A stretch of 63,472 nt of DNA, filler included, from Trichosphaerium sp. ATCC 40318 (lineage: Eukaryota; Protista; Tubulinea): NCBI GenBank assembly GCA_038496445.1. It is 3 parts of 3 records of this genome, joined end to end, with 100 filler letters (N's around TTAATTAATTAA, not from the genome) between each part and the next. Parts side by side here need not be neighbours in the genome. Positions count along the whole stretch, not along the records: positions 1 to 24,825 come from JALMLS010000291.1; 2 more parts are not named here. One strand, written 5' to 3'. The number at the start of each line of letters is the position of its first letter. The first letter of the stretch is position 1. The translations under genes were made by a program, and so were the position numbers. This document shows, piece by piece, positions 1 to 13,815 of the stretch. The notes under the pieces were generated by a model, which was not told the origin of the DNA, ran no database searches, and saw nothing but the letters and a program-made list of their open reading frames with translations.

Positions 1-641
1 AAACTTGTCAGTAGGGCCTGTCTCAAGCCAGAATCTAAAACTCTGCTTTTAAGTGAGTGCTAGCACCTAAGCTACTCCTGTTTTCATAACATACGCCGTA
101 TCTATAGGGCTCTATGATAAAATTGTCAACAAGTTTTTAGTCAGAAAGCTGTACACAGTGCTCTACAAGAATCTTGGTCGATAATGCTCATGGGTAAATA
201 TGTCGAATGTCCAGAGGTAGAATACAGAACCGCCAATCCATAATTATTCAAGTAACCGTCCTAGGGTGGATTTTGATCCACCCGAAAGGACAACAGTGGG
301 TTTACTCAAAATACCCAACCCAAATAAAAGGCTTGCAAAGCACGCCTTGGAAAGGGTACACGGTGGATAATGCTCAGTTCAGAGTATCTTGGGAATGGGA
401 AGCTAGTTAAAAAACTTCAAATCTTTTGTGAACTCTTACTTTTACCCTAAGCCTAATTAAGAGTGCATGGGCACGTAGCATGTAAAGTATCGTATAGGTG
501 TGCTTAAATTTTGGGATATCACATAGACCCGAATCAGGAACTGCGTTTCGTTAATGTGGAACGGGTTTTAATTTGTGAATGTGCACGTGTTAAGGCTTGA
601 TCTTCATTGATAAATTGTCAAAGGCGTTTAAAGATAACAAC

Positions 642-3600
642 ATGAGCGTCTTGAATTTAACTGTAGTGTCTGGAAGGGATTTAATGGCTATGGACATTGG
701 TGGTACGTTAGAACGCCTCAAAAGTATAAAACATGCACTTTCAAGCGTTTATATACGGTTCCTGCGTTGTAGACCCTTTTGACCCGAAAGAAACCCAAAC
801 GTGCTAAAATCGCTTAGGGACGTCCGACCCATACTGTAAGATCGCTGTAGATGGTAAAAAGGAGAAAACCAGGGTGAAGAAAAAGAGTTTAACCCCAAGT
901 TGGCATCAATCTTTCAAATTCAATGTATCGGATAGCAGTAGCGTAGTAGTAGATTGTTTTGATAAAGATAAGGTACGAAATCGAAAATACGTTGCAAAAG
1001 GATTGTAGGCATTAAAATCTATCCCTAGCTATCTAAAGACTCTCCAATGGGTAGCTTCAGTGTGGATATTAGTAAACTGAAGACCATGAATGCGGCTGGA
1101 GTGAAAAAATACTGGTTTCAACTAGAAGGTTGATTTTCTCGCTTTATTTCGATAGATACACTTTAGAACTCACTGTGTACTTAGGCAAGAAAGTAACAAA
1201 CGGCGAGATACAACTTGGGTTTGAGTTTGATCCTCCAATAGGCGAGTAAAGTTGTTACGAACAAATATCATTTTTGTTCGATCACAACTACTTTTCCAAC
1301 GGTTTTTTTTGTCACTCGCAGAGGCCTCTAGCTAACATCCCTTATAGAAAAAAGTGCTGTCCCTGTTGCCAGTGTACCAAATCCGGATGGTTCCTCTTCT
1401 CCTAGAGCACAAGAAGATTTTACGCAGGTACGTTGATAGAAGATGTTTTTGGCAATTGCTCGATGTCTGCTCGTTTTCTTGTTACTTAATACGCGTAGTT
1501 CGCTGCACAGGCAGCCAAAGGACTTCCTCCTAAAGGTTTACCGCTACTGAGACGCCTTGGAAAGCGTAAAGAGACTAATATGTATATCAGTATACCACCA
1601 GGTAAGCTCCTCCTCTAGTGTTGTTAATTTGATATCTCACGTATATTAGGTCCTAATACGCTTGAAGAAAAGATATACGTTGCTGGTGAACCGCTTGATG
1701 GTGCGATAAATACTTTTTATTTTACTAGTTTTTTTTAAACTAGTTTTTCCCGTTTCATTTCGAAAGAAGTTCACTTCAACTGTTCCAACGTTTTCTTACT
1801 TTAGTATCTAGGTGTTGTATTTCTCAATGTTGAAGAAAACTTCACATATATCAGATCAATGTGGATTGTACTTATCGTACGTTATAGATAACAACACGGA
1901 AACCTGATATTGATTTTTTCAAAAGGGTAAAATGTTCAAGAATAATAAGAAGATAAGCACGATTATAAAGGAGCCTTTGAACCTTGTTGCACTTCAACCT
2001 GGTAATTACATGAAAGTAGAACGTGGTAAAACTGCTTTCCCATTCGAATTCTACCCTCCTAAGGCTTGTCCATCAAGCATAAACCATAAAGGATTCGTGT
2101 AAGACCACTAGTACTATTACAACCTAAATATTTGTAGGATTAAATATCACCTCGAAGTTGATGTTGATGTGGTCAACAGAGAGGATGAATCCTGCTCTAA
2201 AGATATACGTATAGTTAACATGGACCATACACCTCACTCTAAGACAATATGTCCTGTTGATATGCAAGGAAAGAAGTCTGTGATGGGTGGTAAGAAAAAC
2301 CAACAGTTCAAAGAAACACGTTTTTTACTTGACGTATTATGAATTATCACGTGACACTTACTGTGTAGGAAAAATCCATATTCGTGCTCAAATGAAGAAG
2401 AACTTCTTTACTCCTTGGGAAGATATTGAAGTACTTGTCGACCTTCAAAACGATAGTTCAAGAAAAGTTAAAGAATTAGAGTTCAAGCTTATCTCAAAAC
2501 AAAAATCTGCGAACATGAGTTCTAAATTAGTATCAGATTTTGATACAGTATTAGAATGGCATAAAAAACTTTACCCAAAAAAGGTATCTAACCTCGATTT
2601 TTCTTCAACTCTGTTTTTTTTTCAATTTTTTGAATTTCTGAAAAACTTCGAGTCGTTTACCTCCAACTGCTCTCGAGCTTCGCTTAATTAAGTTTTATCA
2701 TCAACTCTAAAGTGATTACTGTGAACTTATATAAAAAATATAGTTGTATCCTGGTGACAAGGCTACCCAACAGTTTATTATGGAACTACCAAAAACTCTT
2801 ACTCATACTTTTGTGAAAAAGAATGTGTTTGGTCTGGACTACTTTCTTCGTATCAGCGTAGATATACCGTACGTCATTATTAAGCTATCATTAAAATAGA
2901 ACACATTCTGTGTGCTCAAAGTTCAAACAAAAAGAATCATGGACAAAGTGCAAGGCGATCTTACTTTTTTTTCTTAGAAAGCTTCCAGATAGACTTGACT
3001 TGTTCATTGATGTACCTGTTGATATTGTAATTCGCGATCCTCACATGTACGTGAAACTTCACCACTTTTAGTACATTTCAATCTACTAACATATGTGTAG
3101 CCCAAAGCCACCACTACCAATGCTCGAATTGGCAGCTTTACCACGTAAGTGAAGAAAAACAAAAAGAGTTTTGGTTTCTTTATCAACAAAGTTGTCGGAA
3201 CCGCATTCTTATTTTCTTTGTAGACAAACTTTGGGAATGGACACCTCGTCATATTCTCGCTTGGTTGTGCTACAAGGTAGACTTTAGTATTTACATTCAA
3301 GTGAAATAAGACTAACATTATACTATTAAGCTTAACATGCCTGAATTCCGACCAAGTTTTATTTTCTGGGACTTGAACGGAGACCAACTGTTCCATTTAT
3401 CTGATTCATGTACGTATTGAGTTCGCAGCAATTTCTATTTTTATTATGCAATGGTTGCTTAGCACGTGTCTTTTTTTTTTGATTGTCCACTTCGTCATCA
3501 TGACTTTCTTGTTTATTTCTAATATATCTTGTTTTAGCCATGGCTACTTTGGTTGAAGGACATCCTGGCGCAACTGAGAAGCTGACTACCATACTGAAGA

Positions 3601-3906
3601 CAAGAATCGAAGAAATTATGTATGTTAGAAGAATGCTTTGGGACCTTCACCTTGGCCACTGTGTCACACCGTTTGAAGCTCATGTACGTCGACTATGTGA
3701 TGATTCAAACTAGTTATCTAACAATATTGTATTAGGGTATAACGAAGAGCACTTTGGTTAACCTGACCAAGACCGACTTGCACAAAGTGGTTAAAGTTGG
3801 AGAATGCTATAAGATTCTCGAATACTTGGACAAGGAGTTCCCAAACAGGAAATCAAACGCTGGTACTGACGTCTCAACAGCATTGCGTACACTTCTCAGT
3901 AACTGA
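642..3906 (+). CDS. Multi-exon C2 domain + arrestin (N and C) + tandem SAM protein (Dictyostelium AdcB/AdcC-like architecture)
   Basis: Spliced reading: C2 (MSVLNLTVVSGRDLMAMDIGGTSDPYCKI...KTRVKKKSLTPSWHQSFKF), arrestin-N (GKTAFPFEF...PSS...IKYHLEV), arrestin-C (GKIHIRAQMKKNFFTPWEDIEVLVDLQNDSSRKVK), SAM-like (LWEWTPRHILAWL...PEFRPSFIFWDLNGDQLFHLS; LHLGHCVTPFEAHGIT...LVNLTKTDL). TGA at 3904-3906. Confidence 0.8.
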
Positions 3907-4520
3907 GAGTTCAACCCATCTACTTTTAATACAGCAACTAACAACGTAAAGCTGAAATTGTTACATCACAAAAATAAACAAAACATCTTTTTAGTTTTTC
4001 CATAAAATGACATAAAATAGAACCATACGTTTCCAAAAACAACAGTTACTTACAACAAAGCTCCATAGACTATGCTTAAACTAATGACGATGTTTCCGAG
4101 CCGTTTTGGGGAAGAAATCTTTTAAAAAAACTGCTGTTTCTTTAAAAGTGCGCTCAGTGCTACGAGACAAATATACACGCGTAGGGCATAGCCGTTTACA
4201 CGTATTCAGGTTAAATACGAGATTACGGAAAAAGTACTTACTAACAAAAACTGAATGGAAATGCATCAAGAACTGGCGGAAAGAAGATACATATGCTTTT
4301 AATCATTTTAAACAACAAATAAGATTGGATTTTGCGGTACAAATTTGGATATCTGCAATAATTCAATTTTTGGCGAATTTCTAACCTTCTCATTCACAAG
4401 AACGTTTCAAGTTTAGAATACGCAATAAGCATACTAAACCTAAGTAGAGCGTTATCTAATCAACGTAGTACTACGGACAAATAGAAAATCATACAGTGAG
4501 ACTCCAACAAGGTTTTACGT

Positions 4521-7500
4521 ATGTGGTACTTGCTGGCTTGTATTTTATGCGCTATTACGCTTTCACAAGCCCAAACATATACTTTACCCTTAGTTTTCGT
4601 CACAACCGACTCAGGTATGTGTAACTGTGCTTAGCGTACCCTTTTTAATAGGAAAATAAAGTTTTATTGGTTTCTGGTAATGTAATATACACAATCCACG
4701 TTGCTAACTTGTTGCACTAGGCGAATTACCTGTAAATAATGGTACAAAACAAGGAGGTAAGACGCTGGTTTTTTTTATTCTTCCGAATACCTTACAATCT
4801 AAATGTAATCGTTCAGCTGACATGATAATTGCATGGCGTGGTGAAGGTAAACGAGAAAGATTCAATAAAAAACTTCTTTTGCAAGAAGTATATTTTGTGT
4901 TTTTGACTTGTTTAAAAAAGGAGAACCGACGCTAGTAACAGATAAAGATAATGACAAATATCACGAATATAGTGGCAGGATTGGTATTGAAATACGCGGT
5001 CAATCGTCCTCGTCACAGTTTTTCCCTAAGAAACAGTATGCTGTAGAAACTAGGGAATCTGATGGTTCAAACAATAACGTGAAAATATTTGGGATGCCTA
5101 AGGTGTGTTTTTTTTCATGTTGTTTGAAAACAGTTTACCCTATTTTTGGATTTCTTCTTTTATTTTTAGAATTAGCGTATTTAGAAACCCGTTATGACCA
5201 AAAAAAACACGAACAAAAGCAATTAACTTTTTCAAAGGAGAACGATTGGATACTGTTTGGTATTTCCGGAGGAGTGTCCCAAAGCTATATGCTCAATAAA
5301 TTCACTTATGATACATCAAATGAGTTAGGTTACTACGCTGCTCGCAGCAAGTACGTCTTGGTTTGTTTTTTGAGAATTGTGAAAAACAAACTGTTGTTTT
5401 TTTCATTTGTACTCATTGTACTGATCCACTGTTAGGTATTGTGAAGTATTTATAAATGAAGAGTATCTTGGTCTGTACTTGTTTATGGAGAAGCCTCATA
5501 AACAGGACAAAAACCGTGTTGATATTGAAGAAATGGATGATGATGATATTTCAGGAGAAGACGTTACTGGTGGATACCTTTTTTCTATAGATAAAGATTA
5601 TGATTCGCGGTATGGTTGGCTTTCGCCGTATAATCCATTATACCCTCAACCTCAAAACGTCAGTTATGGTATAAGGTACATAGCGCTATTATCAGTAACT
5701 ACTCTAGCCAAAAAAAAGCCCACTAATGTTATTCATCCTACTGTAGGTATCAAATTAGGGAGCCCGAAGAACCTGTATCTGCTCAAAAGACTTATCTGAA
5801 AAACTTTATGACTGATTTTGAGGATGTTTGCTCATCTTTCAATGAGACAGTTATTGATGAACCAGCTACTGGTAAGTACATACTTCAAATCAAAGTTGTT
5901 TGTTCTGAGCTTATGTTCGTTTAATAGGTGCTCACACATTTATTGATTTCGATTCATTTGCTGCTATATTCCTCATCAATGAGTTTGCAAGAAACATAGA
6001 TTCTTTTCGTATCAGTACACATATGTATAAAGAAAGAGGATTCGATGAACTTGTTCACTTTGGACCAGCTTGGTATGTGTACTTATGTTGGGTTTTTCGT
6101 TCTCTTAGCTTTTTGACGGTGTTATTTACCTTATAATCTTAGGGATTTCAATTTAGCATACGATATTTATGGAAATCAAAATATCAATGAATTTTATTGG
6201 TCAACACTTATTGACGGCTTTGCATATGCAATACCATTTTGGTACTTCTTGACATATTCGTCAATACGCTTATTGCTCTATGTAAGGTGGAGAGCTCTTA
6301 TTTATAAGAGTATTCGATTCACAAGTGTTATACAATCGTTATGGAACTCATGGCGTAAGGTATGAACTTTGACGTAGCATGTAAAATGCAGCTACTGCTA
6401 AAAATAGCAACTGCCTTGTATACTTCGTTAACATTTTTTGTAGGATGTTCTATCTCAAACTTCCATGGAATCAAGAATAGATGCATACCAGATTGAAATA
6501 AACGCGGCAGCTGAGAGAGATACTGTAAAGTGCGTTCCTTGTTAATGCTTGTTTGTTGGTGTTTTTTAAAAGAAGCAAATCAGTGTCTGATAAAGGTGTA
6601 TTTTAGGTGGCGCAATGGCGTGAGTTACATAGTAAGTGCAACAATTTTAATACCTATCACGTGATTTTTACCTTTATCATTGAATTTGCTTACATTCTTC
6701 CAAAGCCAGCAGTAGCTAGGTTTAAAACGTGGCTCCAAAACCGTGGAGACTGGATATCTTTAAATCTTACTCTCACGAAATCTGGATCGTACGTGGTTCA
6801 CTATACTACAAAAATTATGAGATTAATAGTGATACTATAGGGGTACTATAGTAGCCGCTGAAACGCCCATCTTAGAGTATGGAGTTGCACAAGAGTGGTT
6901 CAGAGAACTGAGGTTAAGAATATGTGCTAAAGGCACACCAACTTCTAGGTTTACTCATTGGACTGGCGCAGATGATGTAAAGGAGAATGGGGCGGTTACT
7001 GCAAATGCATGTATAAACGTATGTTGTACACTTAGCGTACTTTTTTGAAGATGGCTTGTTTTAAGTCACTGCTGCTTAACCAGACCAGTGCTGAGTTTAT
7101 CTAAAATAACGTTTTTTTCCACTTCGTAACTACAATCTAACCGTATTTTTAGCTATCGCTTACGAGCTCAGAAGGTGTCAATATTACTGCAAATTTTAAG
7201 GATGTTGCCCCTGTTGATAAGTTGATAATCAACGAAATCATGTACGATGCTGATGGAAAAGAACACGATTACATTGAACTCAAGAACATTGGAGATACTA
7301 CAATAAATCTAGAGAATGTTGAGTTCATCAGTGGTATTCACTTCAAGTTCTCAAGTGGTACACCAATCTCTCACCATCAACTTTGGTTGTAGTTCTAAGC
7401 TCTCCTGTTTCTTAGGTTCTATTTTGCCAGGTGGATATGTAGTTGTAGCAGCAGATGCTACTGCGTTTAGAGCCAAGTATGGCTTTTCTCCTGTAGGATC

Positions 7501-9517
7501 TTATAAAGGTAAATTGGGAAAAGCAGGTGGATTGATCATGCTTGCAAATGGAGACAGATCACAAGTGTTCGATTATGTTGACTACAAGTCTGAATCTCCA
7601 TGGCCAGAAAACAAGGATGGAAAATCAATAGAACTCATTTCGACTAATCTCGATGGCACCCTTGCTTCATCATGGCAACTAAGTAGTGATGACGGAACTC
7701 CTGAGAGTACAGATCTTATTTTTCAAGTCAAGATAAACGAGATATTAGCTCACACAGACTTACCTCAGGTGAGTTTCCTTCTAACTCAGTGCAACCTTTC
7801 GTTAATATTCTTTGTTAGCGAGATTCTATTGAGTTATATAATCCTACGGATAGTACTGCATTTATCAGTGGTTGGTATCTGACAGATGATGAGAAGTCTC
7901 TAGAAAAATGGTTGATTCCAGAAACCTCTGTATGTTTCAGTTTTGTCCATGAATGTTTAAATTTCTTATGACTATGAAGATTCCGGCTGGCGGTTATGTT
8001 GTTTTTGATGACTCCCAATTTGGCTCAAGCTTTAATTTAACCAAATACGGAGAGACAATTGTTTTGAGTTCTGGAAACAATGGTTTGCTCACTGGGTACT
8101 TTCATAAAGTAACTTTTACTGCTTCTGATAATGGTAAGCTTCATTTTATTGTGTTGGTGAATTATATCTCATGTGGTTTCAATTAGGTGTATCTCTGGGT
8201 CGTATGGTAACGTCAGAAGGTAAAGAATACTTTACACCTCAACATAAAGTGACACTTGGAGAAGAAAACTGCAGGTATGTTATCAAACGAATTGTTCAAA
8301 AAACAAGCTGTTCAGGGCAGAAACCGCTTTAAATTATGCAATGCACAGTTTACTGACATATTGTTTTTCTAGACCAGCTGATGGAACGCTTGTTATCACT
8401 GAGATTGGATACGACTTTGATCCAGAGTATCTAAAAATAGAAAATATCGGATCTTCAAGTGTTCAACTTAAAAACAATCAAGATGTACCTTATCGTATCT
8501 TTGGTATCTCTGAGTATGATTTTCCTTCGAATGCGGTATCTGTAACTCCAGGAGAAACTATTTATGTATCAGAAGACCCAGAGGTTCTTCGAACTACACT
8601 AGGTTTGCCTTCAAATGCAGTGGTACGCTTTTTCTACATCAGCATCAAAACTGTGCTTATGTAAACTAGATTTATGGCCCTTTCTCTGGATCCCTCAAAA
8701 ACGAAGGAGATACCATAACTCTTGCGAGATCAGAGGACGGAACATCCACAGTACGCCACAACATAATTCGAACACAACTAGACCGTTCTGGCTTTATTCC
8801 AGTTTTTCTATTTCCACTTTTATTCTTATTTAACTGTCTTTCAAAGGGTTATGTGACTATTGACCAAGTAGAATATGGTGTTGAGTCACCTTGGCCAAGT
8901 TCTGGAGTTATCAAACGGTAATAGAGGAAAATACTAGTTGAACAAAGTGCACTGACCAAGTTTTTGTAGTATTTCATTCAACAGTTTTGGAAGTGATCCA
9001 AATAATTGGGCTTCATTGCGTCCTACTTGCAATCAATCATCTGAATGTCCAGTTATTGATGCATGCGCTCAGGTATTTATCGCACAAGCTACTGTACACT
9101 AAAATATCTATTTAGCCAACATGCTCAGGTGGTAAGTGCATGTACACTAAAAAGTCTTGCTTAGCTTCCAGCAGCAACTGCCTAGTAACGTGTTGTTTGA
9201 GTTCTGGTTGCTCTGATTTTGATTGTAAACCAACAACATCACCACCAACAATTTTCACAACATCTCCAACCTCTCCAACTCCAGTTGAACCTGTATCCCC
9301 GGTCTCTCCAACATCAGTACCAGCTCAACCAACCACTCCAACACAACCAGTTGCTCCAACAGAAACACCAATCGAACCAACTACTCCGACATTGCCAGTT
9401 GCTCCGACTACACAATCACCAGTTGGTTCAACTGCTATAGCTACAACATCTTCAGCTAAAAAAGTAAATTATGTGAGCTCCGTTCTTTCTTTATTAGCTT
9501 TACTTGTTCTTGTTTAA
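4521..9517 (+). CDS. Multi-exon secreted CotH-kinase-family protein with about three lamin-tail domains, Cys-rich segment, Pro/Thr-rich stalk and hydrophobic (GPI-signal-like) C-terminus
   Basis: Signal peptide MWYLLACILCAITLSQA. CotH motifs IGIEIRGQSS...FPKKQYAVE, MPKENDWIL, YCEVFINEEYLGLYLFME, GGYLFSID, GPAWDFNLAY. LTD starts LIINEIMYD...DYIELKN, VKINEILAH...DSIELYNP, LVITEIGYD. PT-rich tail ending VLSLLALLVLV. Confidence 0.85.
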
Positions 9518-9631
9518 ATTATTCTAAAATAAAATCAGTTTGTATACTTTCACGAAAAAAAGTAATTTTTTTGTAACCACTCCAAATAGTGATAACTAGA
9601 CCGCCATGTCTTCGCTTCATTTTAATTTGTT

Positions 9632-9726
9632 TATAATATAAGAAAAGGTGCAACGTGTGTAAGTAAGTAAAGATGTTTATTCGGTTAAAAGTCAACATCG
9701 GTTCAAGACCAAATGTGACTATTACA
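9632..9726 (-). repeat. 3' LTR (95 bp)
   Basis: Identical to 15026-15120. On the minus strand it reads TGTAATA...AATAAA...TATTATA. Confidence 0.97.
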
Positions 9727-9735
9727 TTCTCCCCC
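9727..9735 (-). promoter_or_regulatory. Polypurine tract
   Basis: GGGGGAGAA on the minus strand, abutting the 3' LTR. Confidence 0.85.
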
Positions 9736-9824
9736 ACAATGTTTGGAGTACATCGAAAAACATAAGAATTAGTTTCCTTAGGACACGTTGCCAGTCTAAC
9801 TAAAATCTTACGCTTTATCTCAGT

Positions 9825-12800
9825 TTAATGTGCTGAGATACGTTGCAACCTTTGGAATTCATAAGAGAAAGAATTCGAGAAATCTGTAGTGAGAGAGTTG
9901 AGTAAAGAAACCAGGGCATCGTTAGATTTGACTGCCTTGAGTTTGGTGAGAAAATGTTTTTGTCTATGGAAGCTGGTGACATAAGGGGAACCATCGCAGA
10001 GTACTGATTTGAGTGCTGTGATAGTGGAAGTGTAACTTTTTGGTTTTGAGAATTTCTTGGCGCGAGAGAGTTGAAGTTCGAGAGTGTTTTTTAGATCAGC
10101 CATCAGATCGGTGGAACGAGAGCGACGGGACGGGCGGACATCTCTGAAAGGAATAGCTGGAGCAATAGGGATCTGTGCTGTGTTTCTAAAAGAGTGAGAG
10201 TGTGAAGTGACAGTGTCGAAAACGGGTGCGCGCCTGATAGAAGGAATCTTGTTTTGCTTAAATCCGTGGTACGGCTTTAGCCGGTTGATGTTGATCACAG
10301 GATGCCAATTGCCAGCAGCAGAATCTTTTTCAATAAGATATGTAAGATCGGACTTACGCTGAGCAATACGATACGGACCATCCCAATGATGAGATAGTTT
10401 AGTAGTATCGTTTCCTTGAGGACGTGGTAAGTAAACCATTACCCAATCGCCAACATCAAAGGAACGCAATTTGACTCGATTGGTTTTGTCATGATAAGTT
10501 TTGTTGTATTCACGTCTTTGTTTCGAAACTTTAACTGCCAAATCATGAGCTTTGATAATCCGGGAACGAGTGCGGTGGACGAAATCGGTAAGGTTTAAAG
10601 GAGCATTGAACGAAGGCATCGCAGCTTGTAAGGGAATAATAGCTTCTCTGCCTGTCATGAGCATGAATGGAGCAACCTTAGTGGATGAATGAGGAGAGAA
10701 ATTGTAAGCTTGAACACATTGAGGTAGAATCAAGTCCCAGGTGTCTGTGTTCTCTTGTGAATACATGGACAACATCTCAATGATGGTACGATTGAATCTT
10801 TCCACCTGACCGTTCGTTTGAGGATGATAAGAGGTAGTGTTAAGTTTCTTAACCGCAAACAAATTGTTAATAGAAGAAATGATCTTTCCTAAAAAATTGG
10901 AACCACGGTCTGAAAGAAAACGTTTCGGATAACCCCATCTGTTAAATACAACATCTACCAGCCAAGCCGCAACACGGTCAGATTCTTCGTCAGGTACGGC
11001 TAGAGCTTCAACGTATTTTGTAAACAAATCAGTGACTACTAATACTTTGCAGTTTCCTCGAAGAGTCCTAGGCAACTTGAGTGTGTCAATTGAAATAGTA
11101 TGCCACGCTTCCCAGGAGGTGGTGCTTCCAAGAGGTGACTTGGAATTAAATCGAGGACCTTTACGTTGAGTACAGGAATGGCAGTTGATGCACCAATTCT
11201 TGCAGTCAACGTTGCAGGTGGGCCACCAATAGCGTCTGCGGATCGTGTTGAGCATCTTCATATACATCTGGTGGCCTGCATCATCGTGGAAGGTGGCCAA
11301 CACGGTATCAACGTGAGACTTTGGAACGCATAATTGTACGTAATTGTTGTCATCAGATGCAATCCAATTACGTAACAATAAGCCAGATGTATCATCCACA
11401 AAATAGTTCTTAGCCATGGAACGGATACGTCTTTGGAGAGCACGACCGTTAGGTAGAACGCCAACCGATAAAAATCGGTGGAGAGGTCCTAGAACATCAT
11501 CCTTAAGCTGATCTTCAACTGTAATAGAAAGTTTAGCAGCATTATCGGAAGAGAGGTTATTGACACAAGCAATGGGAGTACGACTGGGTCCATCTGCATT
11601 TGCATGAAGTTTCCCAGGTCGGTGATGTATGGTGTAATCAAAGTCTTCAAGCTTCATGATCCAGCGTGCAAACTTCGGTTTGAGAGTTTTGTTGTTGAGC
11701 ATCCATTTTAGAGCTTCATGGTCTGTGTAAATATGTACTGGACTGTACAATAAATATGGACGGAATTTATCTAAAGCACGGATCATAGCGAGCATCTCCC
11801 ATTCTGTTGTGTTTTTATAAACGCGTTCGTGTTTACTGTGAGCTTTTGAGAAGTAAGCGATCGCATGACGTTCACCTAGGTCGTTGTCTTGCTCCAAAGC
11901 AGCACCAGAGGCATAGCCAGAACCATCTGTATAAAGATGAAACGGTCTGTCGAATCTTGGAAGCGCTAATACCGGTGAGGACGAAAGTTTTCTCTTAAAA
12001 AGTTCAAAAGACGTCCTTTGTTCTTTATCCCATTGCCAATCAACACCTTTGCGTAGTAGCTTTTGCATGGGTTCGACAATAGTGGCAAAGTCTTTGATGA
12101 ACTTTTTATAGTAGCCCGCCATAGCAATAAAGGTGGTGAGTTCTGAGGGAGATTCGGGAGGTCGACATTGAACAATACATTTAACCTTGTCAGGATTTGG
12201 TCGAACACCTTCAGAAGAGATAAGATGTCCAAGATATTGAATCTCAGTTTTAAAAAAATTGGCATTTACTAGCCCTGAGAGTGAAACCCGCGGAAATAAT
12301 GCGGTCAAAAACGAGAATTAAAGCCAAAAGATGGTCAAAGAAATTTTCAGAATAGACGATAATGTCGTCCATATAAACTAAACAGACGTGCCATGTAAGA
12401 CCAGAGAGAAGAGTGTTCATAGTCCTCTGAAAGGTAGCAGGAGCACCTGTTAACCCAAAAGGCATTCGATTCCACTCATACAAGCCATCTCTAGTCGCAA
12501 AAGCAGTTTTGTGTTTATCTCGCTCTGCAATTGGAACATGCCAGAATCCATTAGGTGCATCCAGTGCTGAGAAGAACTTGGCGGCCTGCAAATGATTTAA
12601 AGTTTCCTCAATAATAGGTAAGGGATAGACGTCCCTTGCTGTGACTCTGTTAAGTGCACGGTAATCGATGCAGAACCGCCTGGACCCATCTGACTTTTTG
12701 ACAAGAAGAACTGGAGCCGACCAAGAGCTCTTGGAATGTCGGATGATACCATCGCGTAACATCTGCTCAACCATATCAGATATTTGTTGAGCTTGGATGG

Positions 12801-13815
12801 GATTGAAGGATCGCAATGGAACGCGAACAGGACGAGCATCACCCGTTTCAATAGAGTGTGGAGGAACATCAGCTTCTGGAGGAGCCTTAGGATTTTTAGC
12901 AAAGGCGTGACGGAATTGCCAAAGAAAAAGAATAAAAACATCATTTTGTTTTCTAGACAAATTTTCATTTTTTTCGATTTCAAAAAGCTTTTTAACGTCG
13001 CGCCTGATTTGAGGAGTGAGGTGTTGCAGATTGAGCAAATGTTTCATCTTCTTGATAGCGCGTTGGATCTCTTGTCGAACATGTGACAGCTTCCGAACCA
13101 CCTTGGAGTCAAATGTAGCAATTGCAGTGCCAGCAGGTAAAATAACAGACTTGCCTGAGTTATTTGCAATTAATACTGGAACTTCAGCGTTGCAGGAGAC
13201 TGCCACGCCACGAGCTACTGATAATGGAGATGGAGAGCCATGAACATTTGAGACGAGACCAGAGCAAGCAGCCATCGGTTTGTCCAAAGCACCCCACACA
13301 ACACGAGGTTTGAGATGATGTGTGGGTGGTATTACCATCTGTTGCCTAATGCGAACAAAACTGCACGAAGAGGCATACAGAGAGATGGATACGGAGGCAG
13401 TCGGTTCCAAAGCGGTTTCTTTGAGCACCAAGAGAGAAGACGGCAAATCAATTACAGCTAAGAATTGTAGTAATGCGTCCATGCCAATGATGACACCGTA
13501 CTGCATGGATTTGACAACAGTGTATGTAACTGGACGGCATCGAGGACCAAACCAAGTGTCGAGAACCACTGTGCCAAGAGAGCCAACCGAAGATCCATCA
13601 AATGCTAACACAGATGAAGGAGATGAAGGAGGGATTAACTTAAAAAAAGGAATTTGTTTTAAATGAGAAAAAGAAATGATAGAGGTAGAGGCACCAGTGT
13701 CAAGTAAACAAGAAAAAGGTTTTGAAGTGATCTTGCACGTGCCCATAAGAGGTTGAACAGAGACAGATTTAGACGGCAAAGCGCCTGTCTCAACGGCGCA
13801 GTTTATTGGTTTTCC
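9825..13815 (-). CDS. pol: Pol (aspartic protease, RT, RNase H, integrase with GPY/F), split by one extra T in a T7 run at ~12252-12258
   Basis: LLDTGAS; RFCIDYR; MPFGL; YMDD; LYTDGSG...YTDHEAL; HHCC (HDDAGH...CHSC); DDE (SIDTL, SDRGSNF, VERFNRT); WDGPYRI. The two ORFs join as KCQFF/KTEIQYLGH. Confidence 0.93.

Noticed and set aside
207-410. 67-aa ORF at the window start
   Set aside because: No recognisable motif. It may be the tail of an upstream gene but cannot be supported.
12250-12262. Second programmed frameshift inside pol (TTTTTTTAAAA resembles a slippery site)
   Set aside because: Restoring the frame needs +1 rather than -1, in the middle of RT. One extra T in a homopolymer (sequencing error or recent mutation) is simpler.
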